Of a stretch of 64,000 bases of DNA, positions 1-16,194 are shown in pieces; the first letter of the stretch is position 1; each line of letters starts with the position of its first letter. The notes under the pieces are model-generated. The model saw nothing but the letters and a program-made list of their open reading frames with translations, was not told where the DNA came from and searched no databases. The stretch is taken from the NCBI RefSeq assembly GCF_009914755.1, contig NC_060926.1; one strand, given 5' to 3'. A program made the position numbers and the translations under genes. The DNA is from the human T2T-CHM13v2.0 reference genome, Homo sapiens.

Positions 1-1769
1 CTGACGTGGCTGAAAGGAGGTGAGCACCCACATTCTTCTATCTGATCACCCACAACCTTTTGAAGTTCCTTGAAGCATCAAGTTGCTTTGAATGCCAATG
101 AATGCATGTCCTCAAGTTTCTGAGTCTGGAAGGCCAAACGCAGGCTGAGTGATGGTCTTCCAGCTCTATAGTCTTCCTTTGTTTTGTTTAGCTTTACCAT
201 ACAAAGCCAATGACCGCCTCTCTAAGACTCCCTTTCACTTCTCTTGCCTGCAATGACTACAAGATGTTACTTGTTATACACCATTAACTGCTGAAGAGCT
301 ATTCAGACGGCCAGGGCGGCAGATGTGATGCTTCTGGGATCCACTTCTGTTTCTAGTATAAAGGCTTAGCTGAGGAGAAATGTCCTATATAAATAACCAT
401 CCACATGGAAAACCAATAAGGTTCAAAGACCACAGTTTCAAGGAAGTCTTTGCTTTTTGTTTAATGTCCTTTAATTGAAAAATACTGAGCTGAACTTTAT
501 CCCTGCCATCCCTCTTACACAAACAGGTCCTGCGGGCAATAAGCTGCCCAAGTAAACAAATACTCTATCCAGCTTGGCAGCTGAGATCCTGCTATAAAAA
601 ACACAATCCCCACTGAATAGCTCCTTTCTGCAACAACTCCAGCCTCACACTTGGTTGAGGTGAGCAGGGTGTATTCAGGTTAACGGCAAACTGGAATCTG
701 GGTTCTCAACAAAGAGCTCATACATGACTGTCCAGGGCACAGAAACTGGGAGGGTTCGTAAGCCATAGAAACTGTGCAAACGCCAGAACAAGACCCAAGA
801 CCAATTGAATTGTTGTTGGTCTGACATCCCCAAGGCATTCTTAAACCTGTACCCTGATACCATGATAATGATTTTTTTAATGACGTTAGTAACTCTACAA
901 GTTCTCCTTGAAATCACAGTAAAAGGGAGTTTCTTTCCAACCCCAATAGGAGGGTTGTGCAGTGTTTTAAAGCCAAAGAGGGAAGAGGGACAAATCAAAA
1001 GGTTGCAAACTTAGTAATGACTGTCTAAGACACACACCAAGCAAAACAAAGGAGCAGACGGAGCTTCCTAAAGGGCAAAGAGTCAGTGTAATTTGTTTTC
1101 TTCTAAGAAAACACCCTCATTGAACTGGATGACAACTGCAGTGTGGAAACTGCAGGGGACCTTTCCAGCTCTATGGCCTAAATGCAAGGCCTGGAACACC
1201 CACATGCCTGTTCTACCTTCAGACAGGGGGCATTCTCCTAAGGTGGAAAATCAACCTTTCATCCTGGAGACTTTCTAATCCTGGACAGTCAGTGAAGATC
1301 TCTGGAAGCAAAATACTAGTGGAGTTGTGTCAGCCTCAGCAGGGATTTGCCCACACGGACAGCAGCCAAGACTGTCCCAGAGGGGCCTGCAGGCTTGTTC
1401 ATGAGCAGATTAGGGGCATCCCTCAGAGAACCCCCTAAATACTTGGTCCTGCAGTATGCCAGTGAAGACAAGCCAACATCACTGAGTAGTTATTGTCCAT
1501 GTAACTTCGTTTGCACGGACAGACAGGCTGAAAGGCCTAGGGAAATTTTGGTGACAATAGTAAAACCAATCATTGATCTCAGTTATGAAGTCCCAAAGTG
1601 CCATGAACTGAACTAGCCACTGTATACACTTTGTCGTTGAATACACACAAAATTCATGTTGTTGAATAAATACATATTTCAAAACCATCCTTGTTCCATA
1701 CTTCTTTTGGGAGAGATTGGTCTTGAAAGACAATCGAACATAATGGGAAGTCTGCCATGTGCCAAACAT

Positions 1770-1925
1770 ATTTTCACAATTCATTACAGCCTCAATTACT
1801 ATTCAATTTTCCAATGAGAACAGTGAGACACAGAGAAATTAAGGAGTTGCCTGAGGTCACACAGCAGGTAGGACGGAGAGCTGGGCCATGAACCTGGGTC
1901 TCCTGACTCCGGATTCAGTGCTGTC
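1770..1925 (-). mobile_element. MIR
   Basis: aatgagaacagtgagacacagagaaattaaggagttgcctgaggtcacacagc matches the antisense MIR core. Confidence 0.75.
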
Positions 1926-2857
1926 TTCAGTACAGAATAGCCACCTTGCCCTGTCTGCTTTTTCCTCCCTGGTCTCATCAGCCACTTTTCTCTCAGCCCT
2001 GTTTCCCTCTTCCCCCAGCTGCCATCTTTCCAGTCACATATTACAGAACCATCTTTTCAGCTTTACACGTCTTGTGCCCATATTTTCACCCTGTTTTTCA
2101 CCCTGCAACAGGGAGTCCCGGGTCCATGGGATTCCAGTGGCAGACTGGAAAGTTACTTAGAAGTTGTCAGTTGCCTTTTGCCCTCCATGTCCCTTGTCTT
2201 ATTTCCCTGATCATTACATAAGGGTTGCTCGCCAGCTCAAGAGTTACTCCAGGCTCTGAAAATGGTTTCATACAGAACAAGGGGCAGAGACTATGCATGT
2301 TCTGGGCAGCTGAGGGGTGAAAAGAAAGAGCAGGAGTCCTTAATGTGGAAACCTCACTTTTAATTTTTTAAAAAAGTCATTTCATTAATGAATTGTTTTG
2401 AATTTCAAGGGACTCTGAATATTTTTAAAAACTAAGCATTTTAAAAACAAGTTGATCTGAGAAATTTTTCTTGACCAAACTGTAGTTCTATCTCAGGAGA
2501 GTTTCCTTGGGTGCAAGCCAGTGTAGGACGATGAGGCACCCTCCAATCCAGACTCCATGGTAAAAAGCTTTCCCATGTCCAGTTCCTTCCACAGAGCACA
2601 GTCAGGTGGCAGCTCTAGGGAAATGGCTCCGGCCCGGTACCCTGGCAACCTTGCATGCCTCCACGTAGGCCACGTGGACCAGGCTCCGCTGCAGTGGGAC
2701 CTAAGTCTTGTTGGAATACCGTGATATCATCCCAGGAACATGGCGAGACATGTAGTTTGTGGGGAGCTGTCCCAAGGCCGCTGTCATCCATCTTTCTCTC
2801 TATCTTGTAGGAGGTTTCTCCAAAGCACTTTGTTTTTAGCTTTCCTGGTTTCAGTGA

Positions 2858-3210
<353 letters not shown>

Positions 3211-3238
3211 CAGCTGCAGGCTTTAAAATGTGTTCATT

Positions 3239-3309
3239 GATCACGCCACTGCACTCCAGCCTGAGCCACAGAGCAAGACCATCTCTCAAAAAAAAAAAAA
3301 AAAAAAAAA
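3239..3309 (+). mobile_element. 5'-truncated Alu 3' end
   Basis: gatcacgccactgcactccagcctg plus poly(A). Confidence 0.85.
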
Positions 3310-3994
3310 TCATTCATTGCCTTCTAGAATTGGTATCCCACCACACATGACGTCCATCACCTGGCTCCTTGTTTTTGTGCTGTCCTGTGGGATGAGGGAG
3401 CTAGCATCATGCTGATCTTGCTTTTGCTGACTACATAAGTAATACACCGTCTGAATCCATTTGAGTCTATCATGTCTTTACCTGCCAAACCTGTGGCAGC
3501 GTGGCAAGCCCACTGCAGCAGTAATCACTGTTTATTAGGGGCTGCTTGACAGTAACTGTTTCCTGAGATGCCCTAGGAAGATGCCCTCCATACCACATTG
3601 TCTCCCAGGAGGCTTCTGAACACCCCTCCCCCTACACATCCATAACAATGCCGAATCCTACCCCAGCTGCAGATCATCTGCCAGTGACCAGGGAACTGTT
3701 TCTCACTAAGAAGCAAAGAGCAGAACGAAGAATTCTTCCTTCAGATCTGTGAATGTTTGCAATTACACTGCCTTCAACACACTCGGGATGGTTCCCTAAA
3801 AGCCCACGGGCTGGGATAATATGCAGGTTTTGCCTTGGCGGGTCGAGATGTCATGATTGCCTGAATAACCATAGGAAGAAAGATTCTGAATCTTTAGGAT
3901 TCTCTTAAAGAAAGAGATGCTAAAATCAATTATCCATGTCTGTCATGGGAGACTGATAGGGCAGGGTCGGTTCTCACAGTTGGCATTTACCCAA

Positions 3995-4627
<633 letters not shown>

Positions 4628-5114
4628 TGATTTACTCATCTTTAAGGTTAAAGGAGCAAGACAGCATCTTAAAGAAGCACATTTGGAGAACTAAAAGGGA
4701 GCTTTCTTTGCTTTTTTTCCTGAATGTGGCATTGCCTATAAATTCTCTTGAACAGATCTCTTTATTTACTGGAAAAAATTAGGAATGGATAAAATTAGTT
4801 TTCCTTTAGTTTGATTCTTTTCTAAGGAGGTTTCTAAATAAGTCACCTGGAAACATTCAGGTTATGTATGGTTCTAAACCAAGAGTTCTTTGTAATGTGT
4901 TGCATTTGGTTACCAAGTCGAGAATTCCTCAGAGTAAAGTTTCTCGCTTCAGGCTGGACACTGTTAACAACTGCCCAAGATTTGCAGAGGGTTGGGATGG
5001 GAGAAAGGGAATTGAGTGGGTTTCTTCCTAAGGAGGTTTTCTGTGCCTGGCACCATCTTGGCTGCCTTTGCATCTGTTATCCCAATTAACTCCCACAGTG
5101 ACACTTCTGGCACC

Positions 5115-6030
<916 letters not shown>

Positions 6031-7059
6031 TTTTTTTGTTTTAAATATATAATTAATAGCAGAATTCCAGGCATGACTTCATAAAGGAGAAAGCTGAGAC
6101 TTACAGAAGTGAAACAACTTGTCCCAGGGCCACACCTCTGTTTTTGTCTTTTTGTTTTTGTTTTTTTAAAGGTTATCTTGGATTCAGAAACACATCTGTT
6201 AAATGTCAGGTTCCAAACCAAGTCTGTCTCTGAAAAATTATTTAAGTAAATACAACAAAATTGTACACTGACATTTTGAAGAAAAAGTAACACCAATTTT
6301 TTAAGGTTTGCTCCTCATAGAAGAACACACATGACACTAATGAGCTAAAAGTCATGGAACAAAATCAGGTGAAGTTAAGAAGACAGTTCAAATTTATAAA
6401 TTCGGAATAACGGAGTGAAAATGAAATAAGGATGTCTAAAATGTGAAGTCAGGAATACAGAATTAATTAAAGAATACTGTTTTAGAACTTTCCAAACAGT
6501 ATTTATAGAAACTTCTCAAATGACTTGATTAGAATAACTTTCTTGGAAGAGGCAAGAAATCTTGTACTCTTTTCTCACTGAAGAACCACATTAGACGTTA
6601 CTTGTTTTTGGAAACAACACCATCAGCTTGTAGGAACTAGGCATTTCTCATTAACCACAGACTTCTTTTAAAATTTTTCCTGGGTGAAATGCGGCATTAT
6701 AAGTCCATTCCTTGACCTATTCTGGCAGGAGCTCGTCTGGAGAGCCTGCAGAACAGACTTCAGGAGCGTGTCTCTAAGCAGTAGAAAGCCTTCTTAAAAA
6801 TCAGACAAGTGACTGCTACACAATCTGATGTGTCAGAAAGGAGAGAGCCTATAACAAATTCCAGGAATAACTTATTGATAAGTCCCATTTACAGAAATGG
6901 GAGGTGGTGACTGAGGTCAAGCTGACAATAACTTGTATTTCTCCATATTCTTAGCACCTAGCAGCCTGAGTGTGGGATATTCACTCTCACTTTTATCTGA
7001 ACCACATATATTCATGAAAATACTCATACTCTGTGTCTAGATTATACTATACTCTTCTG

Positions 7060-10000
7060 CATCTTTTAAGATAAGCATTCGGTTTTTCTACCGTAGTCTG
7101 TTGATGTGGTGAATAACACTGATTTTCAAATGTTGAAACACCTTTACAAGGATAAACTTCACTTAGTCATGCTGTATCATCCTTTTTATATATTGTTTGA
7201 TTTGATTTGCTAAATTTTATTAAATATTTTTATATCTATGTTCATGAGGGATATTGACCTATAGTTGTCTTGCAATGACTTTTTCTTGTTTTGGTATGAT
7301 GGTAATAAATGTAGGCCACATAGAATAAGTTAGGGAATGTTCCCCCTTCAATTTTAAAGAAGAGTTTGTATAGAATTAGTACTAGTCATTCTTTGTTTGG
7401 TAGAATTCCTCAATGAACTATCTGGGTCTGGAGTTTTCTTCACAGGAAGGTTTTAAACAAACAGTTCTATTTCTTTAATAGCTATAGGGCTATTCAGATT
7501 ATCTATTTCTTCTTTAGTGAGCTTTGTCTTTTAAGGATGTGTCCATTTCATCTAAGTTGAATTTATTGGCATAAAGTTGTTTATAAGATTTTCTATAACC
7601 CTTTTAATGTCTCTAAAATATGTAATGATGTTCTCTTTCTCATATCTGATTTATTAATTTGTGTATTTTCTCATTTTACTCCTGATAGGTCTGGCTATAT
7701 GTCTATAAATTTTATTTATCTTTTCAAAAAAAACAGCTTATATTTTCATTGATTTGTTCTTTTGTTTCCCTGTTTTATAATATAGTGACTTCTGTTCTTT
7801 ATCATTGTCTTTGTCCTGTTTACTTTATTTTATTTTTACCTTTCTTTTTATAACTTCTCTAAGTGGAAACTGAGGTCATTGAATTGAGAGAAGTTTAGAA
7901 TTTAGAGTTATACGGGAGTTAGAAATTTCTCTTAAGCATTGCTTTAGCTGCATCTTGCAAATTTTGGCATGTTGTGTTTTCATTTTTGTTCAGTTCAAAA
8001 TACTTTTAAATTTCCCTTTTGATTTTTATTTGACCCTTAGTTTGTTTAGAAGTTGGTTAGTTAGCTTTAAATATTTGGGAATTTTCCAGATAACTTTATT
8101 TTATTGACTTCTAATTTAGTTTCACTGTGGTCAGAGAACATACCTTTTATGATTTAAATGGTTTTTAAATTATTAAGGCTTTTTTATAGCCTAAAATATG
8201 ATCTATCGCGGTAATTATTCTTGGCATTGGGGAGAAATGTGTATTCTGCTGTTGTTGCATGGAGTAGTCTATATATATCAATTAGGTCAAGTCAGTTGGT
8301 AGTGTTGATTCAAGTTTTCTACATCCTGACTGATTTCCTGTCTACTTATCCTATAAATTATTGAGAGAGGGATGTTGAAGTCTCCAACTGTAATTATGAG
8401 TTTATTTCTCTCTTCAATTCTGTCAGATTTTCTACATGAATTTGAAGTCTCTGTTATTAGACACAGAAATTTTGGGGATTGTTAGGTTCTCTTGATGAAT
8501 TGACCTCTATTTTGAAATAAATATTTTTATCCTTGGTAGTATTCTTTTCTCTAAAATTTATTTTGTGTGATATTAATACAGCCACTGAAACTTTATTTTA
8601 TTTTTTATTTTTTGAGACAGAGTCTTGCCCTGTCGCCCAGGCTGGAGTGCAGTGGTGCAATCTCGACTCACTGGAACCTCCAACTCCCAGATTCAAGTGA
8701 TTCTCCTGCCTCAGCCTCCTGAGTAGCTAGGATTACAGGTGTGCACCACCAAGCCTGGCTAATTTGTATATTTTTAGCAGTCCAGCCAATAAGTTACCAC
8801 TTTAAAAAAGTATAGGTGGCCAGGAGCAGTGGCTCATACCTGTAATCCCAGCACTTTGGGAGGCCAAGGTGGGTGGATCACAAGGTCAGGATCTCGAGAC
8901 CAGCCTAGCCAACATGGTGAAACCCCATCTCTACTAAAAATACAAAAATTAGCTGGGTGTGTTGGCATGCATCTGTAAATTCCAGCTACTTGGGAGGCTG
9001 AGGCATGAGAATCGCTTGAACCCAGGAGGCAGAGATTGCGGTGACCCTAGATCATGCTACTGCACTCTAGCCTGGACAACAGAGTGAGACTTCATCTCAA
9101 AAATAATAATAATAATAATAATAACAATAATAATAACGTGGTTACTTATGTTTAAGAGTATACATCTATAACTTGTGGCCAGGCGCAGTGGCTCACGCCT
9201 GTAATCCCAGCACTTTGAAAGGAGGCCAAGGTGGGTGGATCACGAGGTCAGGAAATCGAGACCATCCTGGCTAACACGGTGAAACCCCATCTCTATGGCT
9301 AACACGGTGAAACCCTATCTCTACTAAAAATACAAAAAAAAAAATTAGCCAGATGTGGTGGCGAGCACCTGTAGTCCCAGGTATTTAGGGAGGCTGAGGC
9401 GGGAGAATGGTGTGAACCCGGAGTTGGAGCTTGCAGTGAGCCAAGATGGTGCCACTGCACTCCAGCCTGGGCAACAGAGCGAGACTCCATCTCAAAAAAA
9501 AAAAAAAAAAAAAAAAAAAGGAGTAACATCTATAACTTGTTATAGTCTACGTGTAGTATAAGATCTTCACAACAGTATACTTCCATTTCTCCTCTGTCCA
9601 GCCTTTATGTTGTTGTCATATATTTTACTTCTACATTTTGTAAACTTCTATACATTTTTATTAGTTTTGCCTTAAAGAGTCAATTATCCTTTAAAGTGAT
9701 TTTAAGAGTAAGAAAATTTAATTTTTATTTATCCAGATATTTACCATTCCCACAGCTCTTCATCTCTTTGTGGAGATCCAGATTTCTATCTGGTGTAACT
9801 TTTCTTCTGCCTGAAGGACTTCCTTTAAAACATCTATAGTGATGAATATTTTCAGTTCTTGTATTTCTGAAAAGCTCTTTATTTTGCCTTTGTTTCCACA
9901 GGATATTTTTATTGGGTGTAGAATTTTAAGTTGATAGTTTTGTTTTTTCTATTCAGTACTTTAAAGATGTGCCTCCACTGTCTTCTGGTTTGCATTGCTT

Positions 10001-10720
10001 CTGAGGAGAAGCCTGACATGATTTTTATCTTTTTCCTTCTGTACATGTTTCTTTTCCTTTGTTTTTAAAATTTTCTTTATTCACTGGCTTTAAGCAATTT
10101 GATTATTATGATGTGTTTTTATGTAATTTTTTCTTTCTTCCTTTTTTTCTTGTGTTTGTTTGGGGTTCACCGAATGTCTTGGATCTGTAAATTTATAGTT
10201 TTTGTGATATTTGGGAAATTTTTAACCATTATGCCTCATGTTATATGAGATTTTCCTCTGCGGCTGGTGGAAACATTAACTATTCTCAGCCCTATGCAAC
10301 ATAAGGAGACTGTTCTTCCTGCACCTTTTGGGTAACTCTTTCCCCAGCCTCTGATAGGTTGCTCACATCCTGTACTTATCAGTACTCAGCTGAAGACAGG
10401 GTAGAGTTCAGTTCAGATCTCCAGAACTCTCTTGTGGTATTCTTCCCTGCAAACGCTAGTTACTTTGGCCTTTGCAAACTCCCAACTCTGTATTCTCAAC
10501 TCACAGAAACCTCTATAGTCTGCCTGGGTTGTCCCTTCCTGCACTGAATCATGAACACTCTCTCTGAGCAGTAGACTGGGAAATTAGTTTCCTCTCTCAC
10601 AGGGGCTATTGTCTTGTGCTACCTGTTTTTCAATGCCTGAAACCTGCTTCTATTGTTCTGTTTTCTCTCTTTTATGAAAAATTGTTTAAGAGAGGAAGAT
10701 CATTCTAGTCCTTGTTACTC
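7060..10720 (-). mobile_element. Old L1M fragment(s) with Alu insertions at about 8591-8780(-), 8818-9136(+) and 9177-9519(+)
   Basis: T-rich antisense L1 ORF2/ORF1 motifs (ttcatgagggatattgacc, gtggtcagagaacata, ttgaagtctccaac). Confidence 0.75.
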
Positions 10721-10830
10721 CATATTGCTTAGAAACAGAATTTGGTCTTTAAGAGCAAAAGAATTCCACTTTTCATACAAGATGTGGGAATTTTTATATT
10801 GGTTAGCCCAAAGAAGCTTATTTTTATGAC

Positions 10831-11136
<306 letters not shown>

Positions 11137-11473
11137 TGATGTTTCTTAAGTACTTTCAATATCTTCAGGAAGGTGACCCATCCTCTTCTAAGTTGTGAGA
11201 GATAATCCACTTGGAGGAGAAAGATTACGGGAAGAATCATCTGAAGTAAAATTTAAATACAACCTTAGGGACATACTCAGGGATATAAGCAGGAAGGTAG
11301 AGTTCTTCAGAATTTGCATAACACGAAGTCTATTAACCAGAGCTTGATGTTTGATCATTCTTCAAATAGTAGTGAGTGAATTCCAAGCCGAAAATTGACA
11401 AGATTAGAATGATTGTGATGTACCATGAAGGAAGCAGATGTCGCATTTGGAAGGTGACTTTAGCCACTGTTTT

Positions 11474-12846
11474 TTATTATTATTTTTTCCTTATTTTTTT
11501 TTTTATTTCAATAGATTTTTGGGGAACAGGTGGAGTTTGGTTACATGAACAAGTTCTTTAGTGGTGATTTCTGAGATTTTGGTTCACCGATCACCGGAGC
11601 AGTATACACTGTACCCAATGTGTAGTCTTTTATCCCTCACCCCCCTCCCACCCTTTCCGCTGAGTCCCCGGAGTCCCCAAAAGTCCATTCTATCATTCTT
11701 AGTCCTTTGTGTCCTCATAGCTTAGCTCCCACTTATGAGTGAGAACATACGATGTTTGGTTTTCCATTCTAAGTGAAATGAGTTACTTCACTTAGAAAAT
11801 GATCTCTAATTCCATCCAGTCTCCTGGCAATGCCGTTATTTCATTCCTTTTTATGGCGAGTAGTGTTCCATGGTGTATATATATACCACATTTTTTTTTA
11901 ATTTCACTTTAAGTTCCAAGATACACGTGCACGATGTGCAGGTTTGTTACATAGGTATACATGAGCCATGGTGGTTTGCCACACCTATCAACCTGTCATC
12001 TAGGTTTTAAGCCCCACATGCATTAGGTGTTTGTCCTAATGCTATCCCTCCCCTTCCCCTAACCCCGACAGGCCCCAGCGTTTGTTGTACCCCTCCCTGT
12101 GTCCATGTGTTCTCATTGTTCAACTCCCACTTATGAGTGAGAACATGCAGTGTTTGGTTTTCTGTTCCATGTTAGTTTGCTGAGAATGATGGCTTCCAGC
12201 TTCATCCATGTCCCTGCAAAGGACATGATCTCATTCTTTTTTATGGCTGCATAATATTCTATGGTGTATATGTGCCACTTTTTCTTTATCTAATCTATCA
12301 TTGATGGGCATTTGGGTTAGTTCCAAGTCTTTGCTACTGTAAATAGTGCTGCAATAAACCTATGTGTGCATGTGTCTTTATAGCAGAATGACTTATAATC
12401 CTTTGGGTATGTACCCAGTAATGGGATTGCTGGGTCAAATTGTATTTCTTTCTGGTTCTAGATCCTTGAGGAATTGCCACAGTGTCTTCCACAATGATTG
12501 AACCAGTTTACACTCCCACCAACAGTGTAAAAGCGTTCCTATTTCTCCATATCCTCTCCAGCATCTATTGTTTCCTGACTTTTTAATAATCGCCATTCTG
12601 ACTGGAGCGAGATGGTATCTCATTGTGGTTTTGATTTGCTTTTCTCTAATGACCAGTGATGACCTTTTTTTATGTCTGTTGGTGGCATAAATGTCTTCTT
12701 TTGAGAAGTGTCTGTTCATATCTTTTGCCCACTTTTTGATGGGGTTGTTTTTTTCTTGTAAATTTGTTTAAGTTCCTTGTAGATTCCAGATACTAGACCT
12801 TTCTCAGATGGATAGATTGCAAAATTTTTCTTCTATTCTGTAGGTG
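11474..12846 (-). mobile_element. Composite L1: L1PB-like 3' end (about 11474-11890) plus L1PA-like 3' kilobase (about 11891-12846)
   Basis: Two distinct L1 3' UTR termini in tandem; ORF2 C-terminus in the ORF track ([11 protein letters not shown]...[14 protein letters not shown]). Confidence 0.8.
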
Positions 12847-12928
12847 AAGCACTGTTTTCAAGAGTCAGGATATTAGGACTTGGTCTACAAATTACATTTA
12901 TTACTTTTTATAATCAGGATGGGGGAGA

Positions 12929-13449
12929 TATTAAAAGATGAACTTAGGTGCATAAAAATTTTAATGAGTTTATTTGAGCATTCAGCAATTCCTAAATCAG
13001 GCATCACCAGATTGCAAGCAGTTCAGCACTCCACTGAGGAGGTAAAAAGGTATAAGGTGTTCGTGATGGTTAATATTGAGTGTCTAGTTGATTGGATTAA
13101 GGATGCAATATTGATCCTGGGTGTGTCTGAGAGGGTGTTGCCAAAGGAGATGAACATTTGAGTCAGTGGGCAGGGAAAGGCAGACCCACCCTTAATCAGG
13201 TGGGCACCATCTAATCAGCCACCAGCGAATATAAAACAGGCAGAAAAATGTGAAGTGACAAAATGGGCCTAGCTTCCCGGCCTACATCTTTCAACCATGC
13301 TGAATGCTTCCTGCCCTCAAACATCAGACTCCAAGTTTTGGAACTTGGACTGGCTTTCCTTGCTCCTGAGCTGGCAGATGGCCTATTGTGAGACCTTGTG
13401 AGTTTAAGAATTAATACTTAATAAACTCCCATATATATATAATATGTAT

Positions 13450-13489
<40 letters not shown>

Positions 13490-13712
13490 CTTACTAGTTC
13501 TGTCCCTCTAAAAGAACCGTGACTAATACAGTATTCAACGAAGCAAGATGAGGAAAATAACTGCTTGGTTAAAGTGGACAGTCCCTAATTAGAGGTTAGT
13601 TGGCAGTTTCTGATTGGTTAAGTTTCATTTTACTGTGTACATTGTGCTTACATAAGAACCCAAGGTGCTGGAGGTGTCTCAGCCTAATGGCTCCCAATTA
13701 ATTATTTTAACA
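12929..13712 (-). mobile_element. Older ERV LTR (family uncertain) interrupted by MLT2A
   Basis: tattaaaagatgaactt...gagtttatttgagc start and ...attttaaca end, typical of an antisense ERV1-type LTR. Confidence 0.5.
13062..13530 (+). mobile_element. MLT2A (HERV-L) solo LTR
   Basis: (t)gtgatggttaatattgagtgtc...gactaataca termini, internal TA/CA microsatellite, 5-bp TSD gtgtt/gtatt. Confidence 0.85.
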
Positions 13713-13916
13713 GGGAAATTGCAAAATAGGAATGAAGGACTAAAGACAGTTGTGGCAGAGAGAATTTGTTGGCTGGAATTTGTTATTTCCTATAGAGGCA
13801 GAAAAGTGAGATACTTTTTCTCAACATCCCTTAAACGTAGAGGAGGCCAACATTCTGGCCAATGAGATATGTGGGAAGTCTGTTGGAGGGCCTCTGGGAA
13901 GATTTCCTTTGCTGTC

Positions 13917-14100
13917 TGTATACAGTCAGCTTGGGCTTCCATAACAAAATATGATAGACTGGGTGACTTAAATAAACAAATTTTATTTTTCAGTCTGAAG
14001 GCTAGAAGTCCAAGATCAAGATGCCACCATGGTTGAGTTCTGGTGAGGCTCTCTTTATGGCTTACAGATAGCTCCCTTCTTGCTGTGTCCTCATCTGGCA
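13917..14100 (-). mobile_element. MLT1 (MaLR) LTR fragment
   Basis: ccataacaaaatatgatagactgggtgacttaa...ggctagaagtccaagatcaag. Confidence 0.7.
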
Positions 14101-16146
14101 AGGGGAGGCCAGGGGAGGGGAGGGGAGGGGAGGGGAGGCAGTTCTACATGACACAAAATGCATGAGAGGTAGTTCTACATGACAAAGAATTGTCCCACTT
14201 AAAATGCCAAAATGCTTAAGAAACACTGATGTGACTGGTTCTCTATCAAAATAATGACAGACTATCTGGAAATATGCGAGGAAAATACTAACATTATTGA
14301 TATAAGACCCTGAAATGGAAATTTAAGTAGTCTAAAAGTATAGAAATTAAATTGTAACAGCAAAACCAAAGACGCAGACAAAGAATGGGGAAAGGGAAAG
14401 TAACAGCATCTTTAAGCATCACTTATTTTGGAGAGGCACAGGAAGTGAATGTATTCTAAAAATCACATTTTTTTGTTTCAGGTTGGTAGGGGGTTAGTGA
14501 AGATTAGAGTGATTCTGTTTTTTCATAGAGTAGCAGGAAGATATCTGATTATGAATGAAGATAATTTTGAAAGAGAAACGCACAGTAGAAATCCCACATT
14601 AACATGAGAAAGACAGGAAGTGAATAATGACTTCATCAATCCAGCAAAAACGAAAAGAAACAATGAAGTAAAATAATGAACATAATAAAACAAAACCAGT
14701 GAACACCCAATATATCCACTGAAAGAAACTACCAGCCAGTTTCTTTCCTGGAAGACCTAGAAATAGGCAGCTTACAGGAAACACACTTAAAATGAAGGAA
14801 TAAAGAAAAGTTGAAAGTAGAGACCCTTAAATAAAACAGTAAGACTAATCTATGAATATGCATGCTAAAGCTCCAAATAAAAGACTAGCAACTGAAACAA
14901 GGACTTATATGAAAACAACAACATATATGACCAAATAGGGTTTATTTCAAGGAGGCAAGCATGTTTTAATGTCAACTTCATACACACAATTGGTTAGTCA
15001 ACAGCTTAAAGAAGAGTAACTCATGATCACATCAAAAGATGCTAAGAAGGCATTTGATGAAATTCAGCAGCCATTCTTTAAACCTGGAAAAACAGGAAAG
15101 AACCTATTTAAATAAAATAGAGATTATTTACCAAATAACAAGTAAAATACTCTAAATAACTAAATACCAAAACCATTTCCACTAAAGTTAATAACAGACA
15201 GGGAGGCCTACTTTTACCATTATAACTCAACACCACATTGGAGTTTCTAGACAACAAAAATTTCAAAAAAAAATCAGTCAAACTATTGAAAAAGACAAGA
15301 TCAAATTATTTTTGTGAATGTCCCAATTGTATTTCTAAACATCTCGAGACTCTAGTGAAAACCTGCTATAATTCATGAGATTTAGTAAGCATTTACAATG
15401 TTTGTTGTATATAAGCATACAAAAACAGATTTTCTCTGTGTATTTTAAAATGTATTTTCTTAAATTTTTTTTTTTTTTTTAAGAGATGGGGTTTTGCTAT
15501 TTTGCCCAGGCTGGTCTGGAACTCCTGGGCTCAAGCAATCCTCCTACCTCAGCCTCCCAATGTGCTGGGATTACAGGCATGAGCCATGCACCTGGCTCCT
15601 CTCTTTATTTGTAATAAGCTCTTATAAATGAAAATGGTCACAATAGTGACCAAAATAAGAACATATTAAAAATTTTTTAAAGGCAAAGAACTTAAACTCT
15701 CAAATCTTACTAAAGATATAAATAAGATCCAAACAGAAAATGATATGATGTTCTCAGATGGGAAGACAGTATTGTGGGTCAAACTTCCCCAAATTAATAT
15801 GTAAATTTAATGTAATTTTAACTCCTAATTGGATTAAATTATTACAAACTTCAAATGCTGAGGATAGCCAACAAAGGCAGTAAAAAGAACAGTGGGCAGG
15901 GGCTTGGGAAGCGGAAAAGCTCTCCTGACCATATTATAAGGCCACCAATAACTGAATCCATATGATATTGTCATATGAAAGGAGAATTGTAAGTGAAACA
16001 GCATGGCATATTGAGAAATAAACCTCATTAAATATATAAATTTAATATATGACAATGCTGGTGTTTCAATTCATTGGGAAAAGGTTGTTTAATAGAGTGC
16101 TACACTGGCAACCCACTTGGAAGAAATTTAGTTGGACTGTTTGCAT

Positions 16147-16149
<3 letters not shown>

Positions 16150-16192
<43 letters not shown>
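16150..16192. repeat. (CA)n microsatellite
   Basis: Directly visible. Confidence 0.95.

Positions 16193-16194
<2 letters not shown>

Noticed and set aside
350-600. TATA-like (tataaaa) and CCAAT motifs suggesting a promoter
   Set aside because: Spacing is inconsistent, there is no CpG island or downstream gene, and such motifs are common by chance.
675-998. 107-aa minus-strand ORF and other short ORFs in the unique first 2.4 kb
   Set aside because: No recognisable domain, no splice framework, mostly non-ATG starts; consistent with chance.
14101-14138. (GGGGA)n G-quadruplex-capable tract
   Set aside because: Simple-repeat expansion at the edge of an MLT1 fragment, with no functional context.
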